A stretch of DNA of 64,000 nucleotides from the human T2T-CHM13v2.0 reference genome, Homo sapiens: the NCBI RefSeq assembly GCF_009914755.1, contig NC_060930.1. The stretch is one strand, 5' to 3'. Below, piece by piece: positions 44,931-59,760 of this stretch. The notes under the pieces were generated by a model, which saw only the letters and a list, made by a program, of their open reading frames with translations, was not told the origin of the DNA and searched no databases. The translations under genes and the position numbers were made by a program. Numbering within the stretch: position 1 is the stretch's first letter; the number at the start of each line of letters is the position of its first letter.

Positions 44931-46419
44931 GGTCTTTGTTGGCACTAGTTGTGATAAAGAGAAATAACACTACAAATTGTTCCGAAGCCTTTGTTAGTGC
45001 CTGAATATTCTAAAGGCATTCAAATCCGAAATTTCAGCAGTCATGGTGTCCGAAAAGATCCACATCTGTAGGCCAACTTGGGCTAGGGATGCCGTATTAG
45101 GACCCTGCTGGAGGCCTAGGACATCATTCCTGTGTCTTTAGTGTGGAGCAGGATGGGAAACATCTGGCAAATGACATTGAAAAGTAAGGCCAGCTGCATG
45201 AACAGGCATCTTAAACATGACGCTAAGAAATTCAACATTTTTTGAGCCTAAGTTTCTGACCTTTAAAGTTATCTGATTAGATTTGTCTTTTAAAAATAAA
45301 AAGATCATCAGTGTGGAGGAGACTGGAGAAGAAAAACACAGCAGTCCAGTACACCAATGATGAAGTCCAGTGAGATCTATGAAGTATGAGTGTATTCCAG
45401 CCAGGGCCCCCAACAACGAAATGGGGGATGAGGGATGGAGAAGAAGGAGCCAGACGGTTACTTGAGGAGGGTATTTGCTCATCACTAGTTCAGCTCTCCA
45501 CAGAAAATCGTGAGATCTTAGTTTTAAGAGAAATGGGAACTCAGAAGGGCCAGTCCTCTGGAAGGGATGGGCATGGCCCTAGATCCTTCCTTGCTGCTTC
45601 ATAGCTGCTTGAGGGGCCTGCATCATCAGACTGTTAAGAATGACAGCAAGTGCTCGTATGGAATGGTTCTGTGGTGACTCATGGGTGCCAGCTGACTCTA
45701 GAAAGCAGACAGGCACTATAGGTAAAGGGCAGGGATTCAGACAGGCCTGATGGGCTTTCTGAGATGTGTATTTTGGGGGAACAAGCCTTCACGGGAGTGA
45801 AAGAAGAGCAAAGAGATGTGTGGCCCATTCTCAGGGACTTGTGTGTTCCTCAACCCGCTACCTGAGGGGCCAAAGGCAGAGCTGAAGAGCTTTTTTCAGG
45901 AAGGATTGTGCGAGGTGCTGTGGCAAACAGGATGAGTTTGTCCATGGTTTGTTATAAAATGCTCTGGCACAGAAGTTAGTTAGCATTTAAAGAATGTCAA
46001 CTTCATCAAGAAGGTACACTCCAGCAGCTGGTAGGTAGCATCTAAAATTAGCATAAGCAGACTGGGTTTTACAATCTCATCTTCTCTCCTTATGTCTAAC
46101 ACTGGAAAATTATAAAAAATAAGTTTTTTAAAATTTGTGAAATATTAATAGAGTTTAAAGTGTTTGAATGCACTAGAAATGTTGTACAGATACCTGCACC
46201 CTGAAATGAATAATAAAAATGTAATAATAATAATAACATAATTTTAATATAATAAGAATCTGGCAAGCTCGGGAGCCTATGGTCTTGGGAGAGGTCCCAG
46301 GCCTTAGAATTCCATGGAGTCCTATGTCCAGCCATTTATAGGGGATGCTGTCATCTGATCCTACTAGACAGGTAGCTGGACTTTGTGATCAGAATTGCAA
46401 GCTTCACTCAGAACAGATA

Positions 46420-46780
46420 TTGCCACAGCTGTGTCACCTGGAGCTTATTAAAAAGGAAGAGTCTGAGGCCCCGCCCAGAACTTCTGAATCAGAATCTTTT
46501 CATTAGCAAGATCCACAGGTGATTCTTACGCACATTGAAGTGTGAGAGACTGTTCCTGTGGGTAAAGGGCATGAGCTTTCGGGTCAGACTCACCGGATGA
46601 AAATTGCAGTTCCTCTACTGATTTGCTATATGTCCTTGGGTCTGTTACTCAACTTCACTATCAGGGGCTTATTTGTAAATTGGGTTTAACTGTCTCGCTG
46701 GCTTGTTAGTATTAAAGGAGGTAACATGGAGAAAGAGCTTAGAAACATAGTAAAGTACTTAAACATCAGTAGCTATTAGT
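46420..46780. mobile_element. MER5A followed by MIR
   Basis: tcacctgggagcttattaaaaa...ggccccgcccaga..tgaatcagaatct, then taaagggcatgagcttt...ccttggg...tttgtaaattggg. Confidence 0.65.
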
Positions 46781-48697
46781 GATTTGATAAATAATATCCT
46801 AGTATAATTTAGTAGAATATGAAAAGAGAGTGTAGGATATCATCAGGACTGACCCAGCCATGAACTGTGAACTGGTGACTGAGAAAAACATGGTCTCCTG
46901 AGTGCACAAGGCAGGAGTCAACCTTTCATGCAAGATGCTGTCAGAGGGGGCTAAAAGGCCAGAGAGCGGAGGCTTCACTAGGCTCCCCCAACAGTTTGTC
47001 TAACTGTGGCTGTCCTGACTACTCATCATTTGGGTGTGTGGCAGAAGTCAGCCTGGCAGAATTCAACCTTGCCCTCATTGTACCAAACACCACCTAGCAG
47101 GCAGATGGTGGGGGCTGGGGGGAGATCTGTTGCCTTCACTTCCCATGGCTCCGGAGAAGATTCTAATAGTTGTGATAGACAGTTGACCTGAGTCTGTCTG
47201 AGCAAGGCTGAGTGGTGGGCACCTCTGCGCTTCTGCCTGGCTTATGCATGCAGCATTAGCCTGACAGGGACTCCAGGAAATACAGCATCGCTGCTCCCTT
47301 GAGGGCCAGCCTCTTGGGGGATGCCAGGAAGCTGCACCCTTGTCGGGGGGGGCTGTGTCTGTCAGGGTGGACTGGGAAAGTGGCCAGGGAGGTGCCCAGG
47401 GGGTGGGAGTGTATCCTGCCAGAAGAGCCCATTCTCTCTGACACACTGGATGCTAGACTTGTATTAGAATATTTTGGAGGTCTCTAGTAATAACCATGTG
47501 AGCTCTGAGGTCCTGAGCCAGCCAAATTCAGATGAGTATCTTTCATGAGATCCTATGTCCCCACAGTGCTGTTTGGAGAGCGCTGATTACAAGCTCTCAG
47601 GGAAACCCTAAATTAGGAGTGGGAGAGAGGAATGACTGAAGGGCGAGGACCGAGAACCAGTCTTCCTAATGGCTCCGGATCATGGGGTGGGACTGGTGTC
47701 CCCTTTCCAAATGGGGAGTGGGGAGGCGAGTGGTGAAGGGGTTCAGCGCCTCCCTCTGTGGGCATGGTGAGGGAGACCCCCTGCAATCCACCTTACCCCG
47801 GGAGAGGCCAAGAAGGGCCAGGGAGGAAGAAGATGGCTGACCCTTCTCTCTGAGTCGCAGGCTCTGAAACTCCAGCACTGAGAATCTGTTCCCGAGAAAG
47901 GGTGTGGTCATCTGCTAGAACTGCACCAATAATGGAGGGAGGGCCAAGAAGGTTTCCTCACTTTGGGGAAGATGTCAGAATGCCTCACCTAGAAGTTTGA
48001 GTGGGAAAAGACTAGATTCAAGACGAGATTGCTTCATGTGAGAACACAAAGCTCCATCCCTCCCCACTGCTTGCAACATGGGCAATGGAAAATCCAGTGG
48101 GCCTGCCTCAAGCCCCACCAGGGTGGGGGGTCTTGTTGCCGCTGGGAGAGCTGACCACTGCTGGGCTGAGAGAGGAGCGTTGGCCTAGATCCAGGTGTCA
48201 ACCACAGACTCACATGCAGGCCTGGGACAGAACAGTCCCGTCTCCAGACAAGAAACAGGCCCAGAAAGTGATCCTGTGGCCTGTGGTGGCCGCTTTATAC
48301 TGAGGTCCTTCAGTGTTGGGACTTTGGAAGCAGACACTTTTCAGTGCTTAAGGAATAATCACTAACGGACATGAATAGGGTTGAATTGCTACTAATTGCC
48401 TTAATAATTTATTAAACACCCTCTGAAACTAGACACTTTACATAAATCTCAGTCAATATTTTTGTATTAATAGGGGAAAAAAAACACCCTGAACCTTGTC
48501 TTGGTACATTGGAACCACCATGTTTTCAAATGGGAGAGTTGTTTTTCCCCGACGTGGCTGGCCAGTGTCACCGTGGACTGCGCTGGGGCCCCTATAAGTG
48601 TGAGGCTCTTTTAGGTAGCTTGGGTTCTGAATGTCACAGGAATTGACATGTTAGACCTGAAGTAAAGGAGTTTGCATTGTATTTGCCAAGTCCACGT

Positions 48698-49180
48698 CTG
48701 ATATGGTTTGGCTCTGTGTCCCTGCCCAATCTCATGTTGAATTGTAATCCCCATTGTCGGAGGAGGGGCCTGGTGGGAGGTGACTGCATCATGGGGGTGG
48801 ATTTCCCCCTTACTGTTCTTGTGATGAGTGAGTTCTCACGAGATCTGGTGGTTTCAAAGTGTGTCATGAGTGAGTTCTCACGAGATCTGGTGGTTTGAAA
48901 GTGTGTAATGAGTGAGTTCTCATGAGATCTGGTGGTTTGAAAGTGTGCAGCACCTCCCCCTTCGCTGTCTGTCTGTCTCTCTCTCTCTTCTGCTCTGGCC
49001 ATGTGAAGACAGTGCCTGCTTCCCCTTCACCTTCTTCTATGGAGTTGCAAGTTTCCTGAGGCCTCCTCAGAAGCAGAAGCCTGGACAGCTGGCAGAACCA
49101 TGAGCCGATTAAACTTCTTTTCTTCATAAATTACCCAATCTCAGGTAGTTCTTCATAGCAATGCGAGAACAGACTACTGC
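48698..49180 (+). mobile_element. MaLR LTR (MSTA/B-like) with an internal 3x42-bp tandem repeat
   Basis: tgatatggtttggctctgtgtccc...aattacccaatctcaggtagttcttcatagcaatgcgagaacagact. Confidence 0.92.
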
Positions 49181-49231
49181 AATGTCTTTGAATGATTGAG
49201 CCCATTAATCAAAAGATAAATAAGGTCCATG

Positions 49232-49237
49232 TTTATT
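49232..49237 (-). terminator. MYLK4: Polyadenylation signal AATAAA, likely the distal MYLK4 poly(A) signal
   Basis: tttatt on the + strand, just inside the boundary with an MST LTR. Confidence 0.7.
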
Positions 49238-51492
49238 CTTCAATATAATACATATACATGATTGTTATACATCTTTAGAAAGCAAAGAAAAACAGCTAAA
49301 TGAAAGTACGTTCAGAAATTTAAAATATACATGATAGACACAATCACCACGTTATGAATCCTTTTTTTAATTTCTTATCAACACCAATAAACCTAGTCAG
49401 AAAGACTCACTGACATCTATCAGCTGAGACGACAGCAAAATACACATTAGGTAACATATGAACGCTCACACAGCAGATGCTTTCTGCTCTTCTGAATGGG
49501 TAGTAGTGGTTGAGTTATAAGCCTTCATGGAAGGTGAAACTGCCCATAGAAAGACCACTTATACAAAGCACAGCGCACTAAAATGGAACAAAAAGAAATA
49601 TAGAACACTTCTAACTGAGAAACTGCAGACTCCAAGCTATGTGAGGAAGTCATCTTAATCCAGGAACCCAATATCTAATAAATCCAGCACCCACTTCCCT
49701 TTAGGACAGACGGAAAGTTGACTCCTGGTAAGAAAATTTCTTAATCTCAAAAAGGCTTTCAGGGAGCATGGTGATGGATAAGAAGACAAACTTGGATCCG
49801 AACTTAAGAAAAAGGAAAGAAGTAAAAAAATGTAAAAGAGAGTGCAAAAGCAAAGGCGAAGCTTTGTGGATATTGGGAAGTAGGCCGTGGTGATGCTGCA
49901 GCACACAGGGATGACAGGACGGCCAGGGGACAGGAAAGAACCGAGTCCGAGGACCACAGCCCTCCAGGGGCCTGATGCTGCCTCTCACTTGTGCTTTTAC
50001 AAGCGGACTTTCAACCGGGGTTCTGTCATTTGGCCCCCAGCACACGCATGCACACTGGCACCCGTGCTGCGTGGCTGGGGGAGGGGCAGAGGAAGCAGAA
50101 GAGACAAAAAAGGAATGAAATAAAGAGCAGATTCTGTTCCTAGTATCAAATCCATATTTTGATTCTTAAAAGAGAAAAAAAAATTGCTAAGCTAATTTCC
50201 ATAAAATGGATAAAAATTAAGTATTCACACATCTTTCCAAACATACATCAAAGCAAGCCACAACAATGGCAACATGCCTACTTACATTTTTGAGGAAAGA
50301 AAGCAAATTAATATCAAGTTAGAGGAAATAACTGAAAACAAACTTATGGCACTCAACAGACATGAGTGTTACCAGCTTCAACCTAGAAATTGTTTCCCCA
50401 AGTTAGTTCAGATGAGAGTCTCGTCCAAAGTTTGTAATGTAGCAAATGGGGACATGTGCCCTCCTCTCCCTGATTTTTAAATAGCAACAGATTCTGGGTA
50501 AGTGTTGGTGTCTTCCAAATTACCAATGTGGCATGCCTTCTCCTTAATAACTTGCGAGGTTTATTTCTCTCCAGGCAGTGGGAAGTGCTACATCGGTGCT
50601 TAATTTCCTCCATTTGCTAAAGAAAGTGGGAACTGCCTAGTGAGTGAGCAAAGCCATACCATCCATTAAGAGGGTGGAGGAGAAATACAGCCTCCCAAAT
50701 CCTAATGACCTGTTGGAAAAATTGATCTCCATAGCCCTGGTCTAGCCAGACTCAGCTTTTCTGAGTCCATGCTCGCATCTGGCTTGATTCCTCGGCTTTG
50801 CAAAGCCCCCTTTCCCCATTAGAGCAGCAGTCTACCTAGTTACCAGCTCTCGCTGGAGCAGCCACACAAGGACATGGAGCAGGGGCGGGATGAACACTAG
50901 ACTGATAATCTCCCATTTCAAGTAACTCTAGACTGTAATCATGAACTCTGCAATGCAAACTACCCTCAGCACTCATATAAAAGGCACCCTGCTGGCATGG
51001 AGATGCCTTCCCATTCCAAATGTGGAAATTTAACTACAGAATCAAACAAGATCCATTTTCAAAGTACAGTCTCCTTTCTAAACCTCAAAACAAAACAAAA
51101 ATCACACCCACTCACTGCAGGGTCATCAGTGCATTAACTTGGCAAAGAAATCATGCCTGTATTTGGCCTGAGCTGTCTCTTCCATGTGTGGCAGGGTCTG
51201 GGGACAGTTTATCTGCCAACCTGAGTCAGAAGGGAAGGTGGATGCAAATTGCACGTCGTGCAAAAGATCTCCTGCTTGATTTGGTAGAGAATGCACACCA
51301 CAGGACAGAAAACGCCCTTCCACGAGGGGCTTCAAATCAGACCCCTGTGTCCTGTTTAGCATTTGAGTGAATGCCAGCTCTCTGCGGTCTAACTAAGTAT
51401 TAATGCATGCACTGGCTTGTATTTTTCCAGGCTCAATGAATATCATCAGCTAAAGATAGCATAGTAATATAACACTCCAGTCACAGGGTTTT

Positions 51493-51520
51493 GTGTGTGT
51501 GTGTGTGTGTGGTGTGTGTG
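51493..51520. repeat. (TG)n in the MYLK4 3'UTR
   Basis: Read directly. Confidence 0.9.
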
Positions 51521-51853
51521 TTTTAAGCAAACTAAATTAAACACTTAAGCATAGTCACATCACAGGAACATAAGAAACCAACCTCGGATAAATGCAAGGC
51601 CAAAGGAGAAAAAGAAACGCATCATAATGTAAGAGCAAAGGCTGGAAAGGAGTCAGTTTTATAACTAACACGACCACAAAATTCGCATGTGGCCTTCACC
51701 AAATCACGTATTTCCTTCTATCTCTACTTCCTCCTTACCTTAAAGATGAGAATAAGGATGTTGCACACATTCACGGCATGCTGTAAGGATTCCTTAAGTG
51801 GATCTGAGAGATAATGGGGGAAAGCTGATGCAAAGTGAAACTGCCATCCCTCA

Positions 51854-52145
<292 letters not shown>

Positions 52146-53690
52146 TCAACACAACAGTTATTTGGAAATGGAAAATGTGAGAAAGCTCATGAATCTGGTT
52201 GGTGAGCTTGGAGTTCAGCGGGTAACAGGAATTTTGTGGGGCTTTTCCTTGCCTCTCCTTCATGTGGAAATGACACACTCATTTCGCTCTTTAAAGCCCA
52301 GTGCCTTTCTGGGCCCCATAAGCTGTCTACAGTAGGGCCATTTCCTTTCTTACATATCTGCCATGAAATGGCACACAGGCTAGGCATAGGAACCTTCCAA
52401 CTGGAACGTTCCAACATTCTCACGTCCAGCAGGTGAGCTTGCAGAGTTGCCCCCACCTCTGGTGTCCGATTGAGATTTCTTCACCACCATTGAGTCCCAT
52501 GAGACAGCACAGGCGAGAGACTGTACTTGGTCTTTGCCACTGTTTGTATGTGTTTACCCAGAAGCTTGAATGTTATTTCCCAAGTCACTTCAATGTTGAA
52601 AGCTCAGTGCTATCTTGCTCCAGGAGGTGCAGATCCGTCTCTTTTAGTTGACAAATGGGGCTTGAGGAAACCTGTTGTGACTGTTGACATTATTTCAAAG
52701 GTCAGAATTTCAAAGTCCAACCATAAACAGATACTTTTTGCATCACCTCTCAAAACCAATGTGTTTTGTGGGGATGAACTGTCAGTCAGAAGGGTGCAGG
52801 GAGTATAGATGTGAAAAACAGAATCAGCTACATGGAAGAAAACGCACGCTGGGGACAATTCAGAATAAATGAAAGACACAGTGGCTGATGCCTCTTGTTG
52901 GAGAATTCAAAGACGGCTTCTGTTCCAGCAAACAAATTATTTATCCATTGTAGTCACGTGACCACAGACCAAATCAAAATGACAGAGTCTGTGAAACTAA
53001 GTCTCCAAGGGTGCATGGGAGTCAGAATTCTTTCTGGCCATCTAATTGCCCCTTCCAAAGGCATAGTCTAATGGCTGGAAGTAGCTTTCTCCCTCTAAAT
53101 GCATCCTCCAGTTTTAAAATCTCCAATCAATCTTAAGTGTCACAGCTGTAGTCATTTGAGAAATGGCAGACATAATGCACCCCCTGCCCCAGTGACTAAG
53201 ATCAAAAAATTTTTTTAAAAAAGTAAAAAATCTCAAGATGGCAGGGAAACATCTTCCCAACATCACCACCACCGGGTGCAGGGATGTGTTTGCGCCCTGA
53301 GACCAGACTGCAGCGCTGGGTGTTCCTCTGAGCGCAGCAGAGGCACTCCAGTTCAAGTTCACATTCAGGGTCGAGGGCTCCCCCTGCTAAGACTACCAGG
53401 TCATCACAGGGGTCAAGGCATCAGAACTGCTGATTTTTCAAAAAATTTTCTCGAAGCAGCAGCAACCACAGCAGTTTTCCTGCAAAGCAAACAAAATATG
53501 AATCTTGTTAATTCAGCAGGGTTTTTAAAATTATAATTAGTTGGTTGTGCCCCTTAGGAAAACCACAGATGATTTTTTTTAATAACATATGTGTGTATAT
53601 GAGCGGGGGAAAAAAAAAAGAAACCTCTTGATGGATTCCACCACCAACCAGAGTTGGGCTTTTTATTTTTCAGTTTGTGCAAGACATTTT

Positions 53691-53757
53691 TTTTTTCTTT
53701 CCAACTTTTATTTTAGGTTCAAGGGGTACATGTGCAGGTTTGTTACATGGGGACATG
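53691..53757 (-). mobile_element. 67-bp L1 3' stub with a 15-bp TSD
   Basis: ccaacttttattttaggttcaaggggtacatgtgcaggtttgttacatgg, flanked by tgtgcaaga(c/t)atttt. Confidence 0.85.
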
Positions 53758-54339
53758 TGTGCAAGATATTTTAGTACTATTTGCAATATTGAAGGACAAG
53801 GCCTCTTTGTTTCGTCTGAAGTACAGCCACTCCGTCCATCTGGTCAGCTTGATCCCAGCATCAAAGTGAGAATGTGGCCTCAGGTGTGGGGAGGTTTCCA
53901 TGTGCTTTATGACCACGTCTGACCTGGGGCCCGCACACGGCTACCTGCCATCATTCCTGTGGCTCTGAGGAGTACCCTAAATTTATATCCCATAAGTTGG
54001 CAAAAGATATAACAGAGGTAACCAGAAACAAAATGCCACCAGGTTGATTTTGGGAATGTTTCCTCTAACAAATTGTAGGAGACATATATGCCTCAGTTGA
54101 CATTGTGAATTATGCCTTATTTATCGGCCTGGAACTCTTTCTTTTACAACAGGAATAATCTTCAGCCACCAGATTTTTAAAATCAATATTATCTCAAATT
54201 TGGTTTCCATCATAATACATCCTGCCATAAACCCATCTCATCCTGGCAGGGAATATTATCGTGAAGAATAATCTTTTTTTTCCTAACTTCTCAAATGAGG
54301 CTGCTCCCAGAGTTAAAATCTTACGTTAAGTTTTATTTA

Positions 54340-54678
<339 letters not shown>

Positions 54679-55663
54679 AGCAAACTAGGAAGCATCCAGA
54701 TTGTGTGTATCTGAAATGATTCTTCCTTGGCCTGTAGTGTGACTCAGGTGAATTTCTGAGGCCAAATGGGGCTGAAGAGTGCAGGAAAGGAAGGCAGCCA
54801 GCTCCATGGCTGTCAGCAGCCCTCCTCAAGCAGTTCCAGCAGAGGCTGTGTCCAGCTGCCCCAGCGTGGCCAGCCCAAATGCTGCTGTCTGCGTCCTCTG
54901 CACAGCCATCGCTTCGTAGGCTGCTGTGGTCTTCCATCACATTGGGTTCGAGGCACCCATGTCTGTGTGGAAGGACTCTACCCCCTCCCATCACCATTTC
55001 CTCCTCATTCCTCCCCCACCAGACCCTGGCAGCAGGCCCGCCTTGGAATGCAACCCTGGCACCCAGTGAATTCATTCCCACCAGGCCTCCAGAGTGGCTC
55101 CGGTCCTTATGGTGGGAAGGTGGTTTGTGGCAAACCCTCGGGGTTTGTGGTCGCTAGGGACAAAACTGCTTCTGGGGGTGAGGGTGAAGGCGAGGGAGAG
55201 AAGGAGTGGACACAGCCTGGTTGTCTGTGGATCCAGGAACTGACGGTGCAGGACTGGGGCACCTCGCTGAGTGCCATAACCTAGGCCTGGGGGCACGAGG
55301 GTCCTTTCTTGCTCCAGGTTGTCCTCACAAGAAACAACTCTCTCCTACCTTATTGAGACTTTCATGTCCTTGCTGTTTTTAACAAAGAAGAATGGTCTTT
55401 GTAAATGGAATGCACAAGACTTCCTGTTCACTTTTTGTGGATTTCTAAATAAGTGACAGGGCACATGTAAGCGTCCCTTCCTCCGAAGGCCAAGTGTTTT
55501 CCTAGCACTGATGTGTGGCCTTTACTATGAGGTACTGATTCATTTCTACCCCATCTTATTCCACAAAAAATTCAAGGCAGCTTACAATAATATGTACAAT
55601 CAAAAAGACATGCAAAAACCTCAGGCCCAGAAACATACCTATCAGAAGAAAGGATTAAGACCA

Positions 55664-56005
<342 letters not shown>

Positions 56006-56880
56006 TCAACGCTGTGCAGTTACATGCATGGAGCTGTGAAAATGGCTGTGGACTCCCCACCCAAGATTAGGGAGCTGACTTGCTGCAGGGTCTAGGCCCC
56101 CGGCAAGGACATGAATGTTGGGTTTTCTTAGAGTCCTTCATAAGTACATGTGCCTCTTAGTCTTCTCCTTTAGGGCTACATTGGGCTAGATTATTGATAT
56201 CAAAGAAGGTATTCATGTGTAAACCCATCTCTCAATAATTCCAAAAACACCTGAGCTAGGTGGAGGTCCGCATGTGTCAGGGTGTATGGGAGGTGGTATT
56301 CTTTGGGCTCGTAGAGCAGGCCAAGATCAGGAAGCAGCTCAGGGGATTAAAAAACATGGGCTTCAGCTTCAGAAACACCCGAGGGAACCACACTCCACCC
56401 TTTACAAGCTGCATGGCCGTGGGGGTGTCTCTGAGTCTCTGAGACTCTGAGACTCAATTTCCCTATCTGTACAGAAGAGGGTGTCACTTCCTCTGATCTC
56501 ACACATTGTCGTAAGGACTACCCCTAGACGGTTACCAGCACCCCCTGGGCTGGTTATTGATCCCTCCCATGCACCAGGCTCTGGTCTCGGGGCTTTGCTT
56601 GGATGATCTCGTGGGAGCCACTCAACAAGCTTAGGAAGTGAGACTCTCCCCAACCCGTAAGTCAGGCACTGAGCTTCCTCCAGTAAGAAAGAGCAGAGGC
56701 AGGGTGCAAACACAGCAGTCTGATTTCAGGGCCCTCCACGCCAGCCAAAACGCTGCTCTTCTTCCTGCATAGTCTGTGAGCAAATGCTCCATTTATTTCT
56801 TATTCCTATCTCTTAAGGCCTTCACAGACACCTCTTCAGGAGACCCAAGACTAACCTTCCAAATGGCTGCCTCCTGTAGA

Positions 56881-56928
56881 CTATTTGGTCACAAAGTCCT
56901 GGGCATCAGAGCCACGATTCTTCTTCTT
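56881..56928 (-). CDS. MYLK4: MYLK4 last coding segment KKKNRGSDAQDFVTK-stop (the exon continues as UTR to 56856)
   Basis: Acceptor gctttccctag|AAGAAGAAG, TAG at 56881-56883, donor GAAG|gttagt at 56855. Matches the MYLK4 C-terminus as I remember it. Confidence 0.9.
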   Translation of the reverse strand, partial: KKKNRGSDAQDFVTK

Positions 56929-59319
56929 CTAGGGAAAGCAGAAGGCATATGGGAAGGATTAGGACTGTTTCCTTCAGGTCCTGACTTATGAGCTCACATG
57001 AAAAGACAATCACTTGCTACTGAGGAGAAGGTGCTCTTCAAGAGAAGTTCTTGAAGCCTACATTCCCGACAACCCCCTGGCAGACACACCGGCCAACCTC
57101 AGAGTCCATCTCAGAGTCCACTCTCCCCTGAGGCCCCTGTCACACGACCCTTCCTTCTCACTTAGAGTCAGGGCCAAACAGCTCAGCACCTCATCACACT
57201 CAGGTATGTTTTGCAAAAACTCACGCGTGTATAGCACAAGAATGCTCTATCACTTGCGATACTGGGGCTACGATGACTGCAAAGATGAGTCAGACACAGA
57301 AATGGCTTCTTCCAAAAGTTTTCAAATTGAGTAGACAACGGTAATGTGAATTCCACAAAGAGATTCAAGAAGACAGAGAAAGAGTCTCCAGTTTGAGGAT
57401 TGGAAAAGCTGGGGCATTTAATACAGGCCTTAGACAAGTACTGACTTGTGGGCTGCTCTAGAGGCAGCAGTGAAGACGAGACTCAAAAGAAGAGCTGGGG
57501 GTGTCCTGGAGCAGGCCCTGACTGCAACCGGGTTGGGTCTAGTGTGGACAATGGGGAACGCGTGAAGATTTTTTCAGTCAAGGTCTGAGCTGTAATTAAG
57601 GAACTAATGATTTGATAGATTAGGGAAGAGGGTGAGTAGAGGTTGGATATCAGCTCATGGGTTGTTTTATTAGTTCACTGAGAGGGCATGAGCCGAGGTC
57701 ACAACACTGAGAATGGGAAGGAAGGGTCAGAGGCTTCTTAGCTCTGGGGGAAAGAAAACATGTCAAATTTGTGTCGTGTTCCTTCCTCTGGCCCCAGAAC
57801 CCTGGCTAATTCTGCAGTAGGTGCTGAGTTCTAGTAGATTCCTAATTTGGGAGTGCTTTGCCCCACCCCAGCTGAGAGCTGCTTCTGATGGAAACAGGTT
57901 ATGCACAGAGGGTTGGGGACGTAAGAAAGGCTGCAAACCATCGCATGTCACCTTGAGCATAATACAGAGGGCAGAGAACTCTCGGATGTTAACTTCTAAG
58001 AAAAAAAAATCCTTCTTAAATTTAGTGACAGTCAATATGCTACTCAAGTGGTTACAAAATAGTAAGTGCTTTTAAGCTTGAAGCAAAAGAGACAAATAAA
58101 AATATACGAAAGACTCAAAAATAGAATTTAGATTGAAATGGTAAACAGTTTTGGATCAGAATTAAATTTTCAACTTAAAAGTAAATTCTGATTTTGTAGA
58201 ACCAATATTAATCTAAAAATAAGCCTTCTGGAAAACTTTCGTCTCAATATTTCCTTGAAAAGTAAGATATACTAAGTTTGAATATTGATTTTCAGTAACA
58301 CTAAAACTGTATGGTACAAGAAAGGCTCTGGAAGCATCGCTCAGGTCCCCTGTACCCAGCAGCCCATCACCGGCAGGAGAGCAGAGCAGTGAGGCTCTGC
58401 CCGGACTCCAGAGCTCAGCCCTGTCCTGAGTGTTCTCAGCTACAGACACTAATGTGCCCATTTTGTGCGTTGCTATGAGGAGTCAGTGAGTTATTTTTTG
58501 TAAAGCAGTTAGAAGAGTACCTCCACAATACTGTATAATTATAGCTGTAATAACTAGATTTATAAAATGAAATTTATTTTTCATTAAAAAAAACCCATCA
58601 TCACTCTTGAACTATCTATTCACCTCAGGTACCAGCAGATGGATGGATACAAAAGGTGATTTTACTTGTTGTTATATGGTTTAAAAAATATTCTTAAACA
58701 CTTTTTAAACTGTACAATGTCATTAATTATCTGCTGTGGTTTCTATACTATCCTGCCATGTCAAAGTGTATTTGGACACCAATAAGCTTGGATAAAAATA
58801 CATCGGTGGAAAATTGGCTCAAAATAGGTTAGTAACCCTAATAAGCAGTTTATGTAGTCTGGGTGAGGTACCCACTAGGTAATAAGTCTATTTTTACTTG
58901 ACATCAGTACCAATTATCAAGGAAAGGTATATTCAGACACAAATAAAACTTAGTGCCGATGCTGAATTTAGAAGTAAAGTTAATTTCAATAAAAACTGGA
59001 TGTGGAAAAAGTGAGTACCTAAGGCATAGTCATTCCAAGGTTTGTTGGTCAGTGAAAAAGTTCCATTCCAAAACCTCAGGAAATGGAGAGGATGAGGAGC
59101 AAAGGTGGAAGAAACAAAAACGTATCAAACCCATGCTATACCAGGGCAGGGCACCAGCCACCCTAACTGATAGGTACATCAGACAGGTCCTGGTGGGCCC
59201 AAAGGTTGGCATGGCGTCTTGCCTGTATATGCATCTTGCCAGTTGAACATCCTAGATGTTCAGTAAAGTTACTTGGGCATTACACATCTGTTTCTGTGTT
59301 AATTATATAATCCACAATT

Positions 59320-59760
59320 ATTTGGATGGAGACAACATGAAGGAGGCAGAGAAGCCAGTTAGGAGGCTGCAGTCACTCAGGGGAGGCATGTCCCAGGCCA
59401 CGGTCACCATGGGAATGGAGAGAAACAGACAGCTTCCAGAGGTAATTAGGGGATATCATGTACACAACATGGAGGTAAATTAAACATGAGATGGGGGCTC
59501 GAGGGAGAGGAAGGAAGCAAAGAAGATGTACGGGGGCTGGCTGGGGCCGCTCCATGGGCATCCTTCCCTAAGAGGATCACTGATGGTGAGGCAAGGGGCA
59601 GGGAGATGAGATTAGTTTAGGGATGGGAAGATCCTGGTGGAAACATCTAGTACACAGATGGACATATGGATCTGCAGCTTAGGAAAGATATCTGTGCCAA
59701 AGAGACAGATGAGGAAGTCGGAATATAAACATCTGGTAATTAAGGCAATGAGAGTAGGTG
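59320..59760 (-). mobile_element. L2 remnant
   Basis: gaggcagagaagccagttaggaggctgcagt...acagatggacatatggatctgcagcttagga. Confidence 0.6.

Noticed and set aside
48824-48947. CRISPR-like regular repeats
   Set aside because: Head-to-tail copies with no unique spacers, inside a mammalian LTR, with no cas genes.
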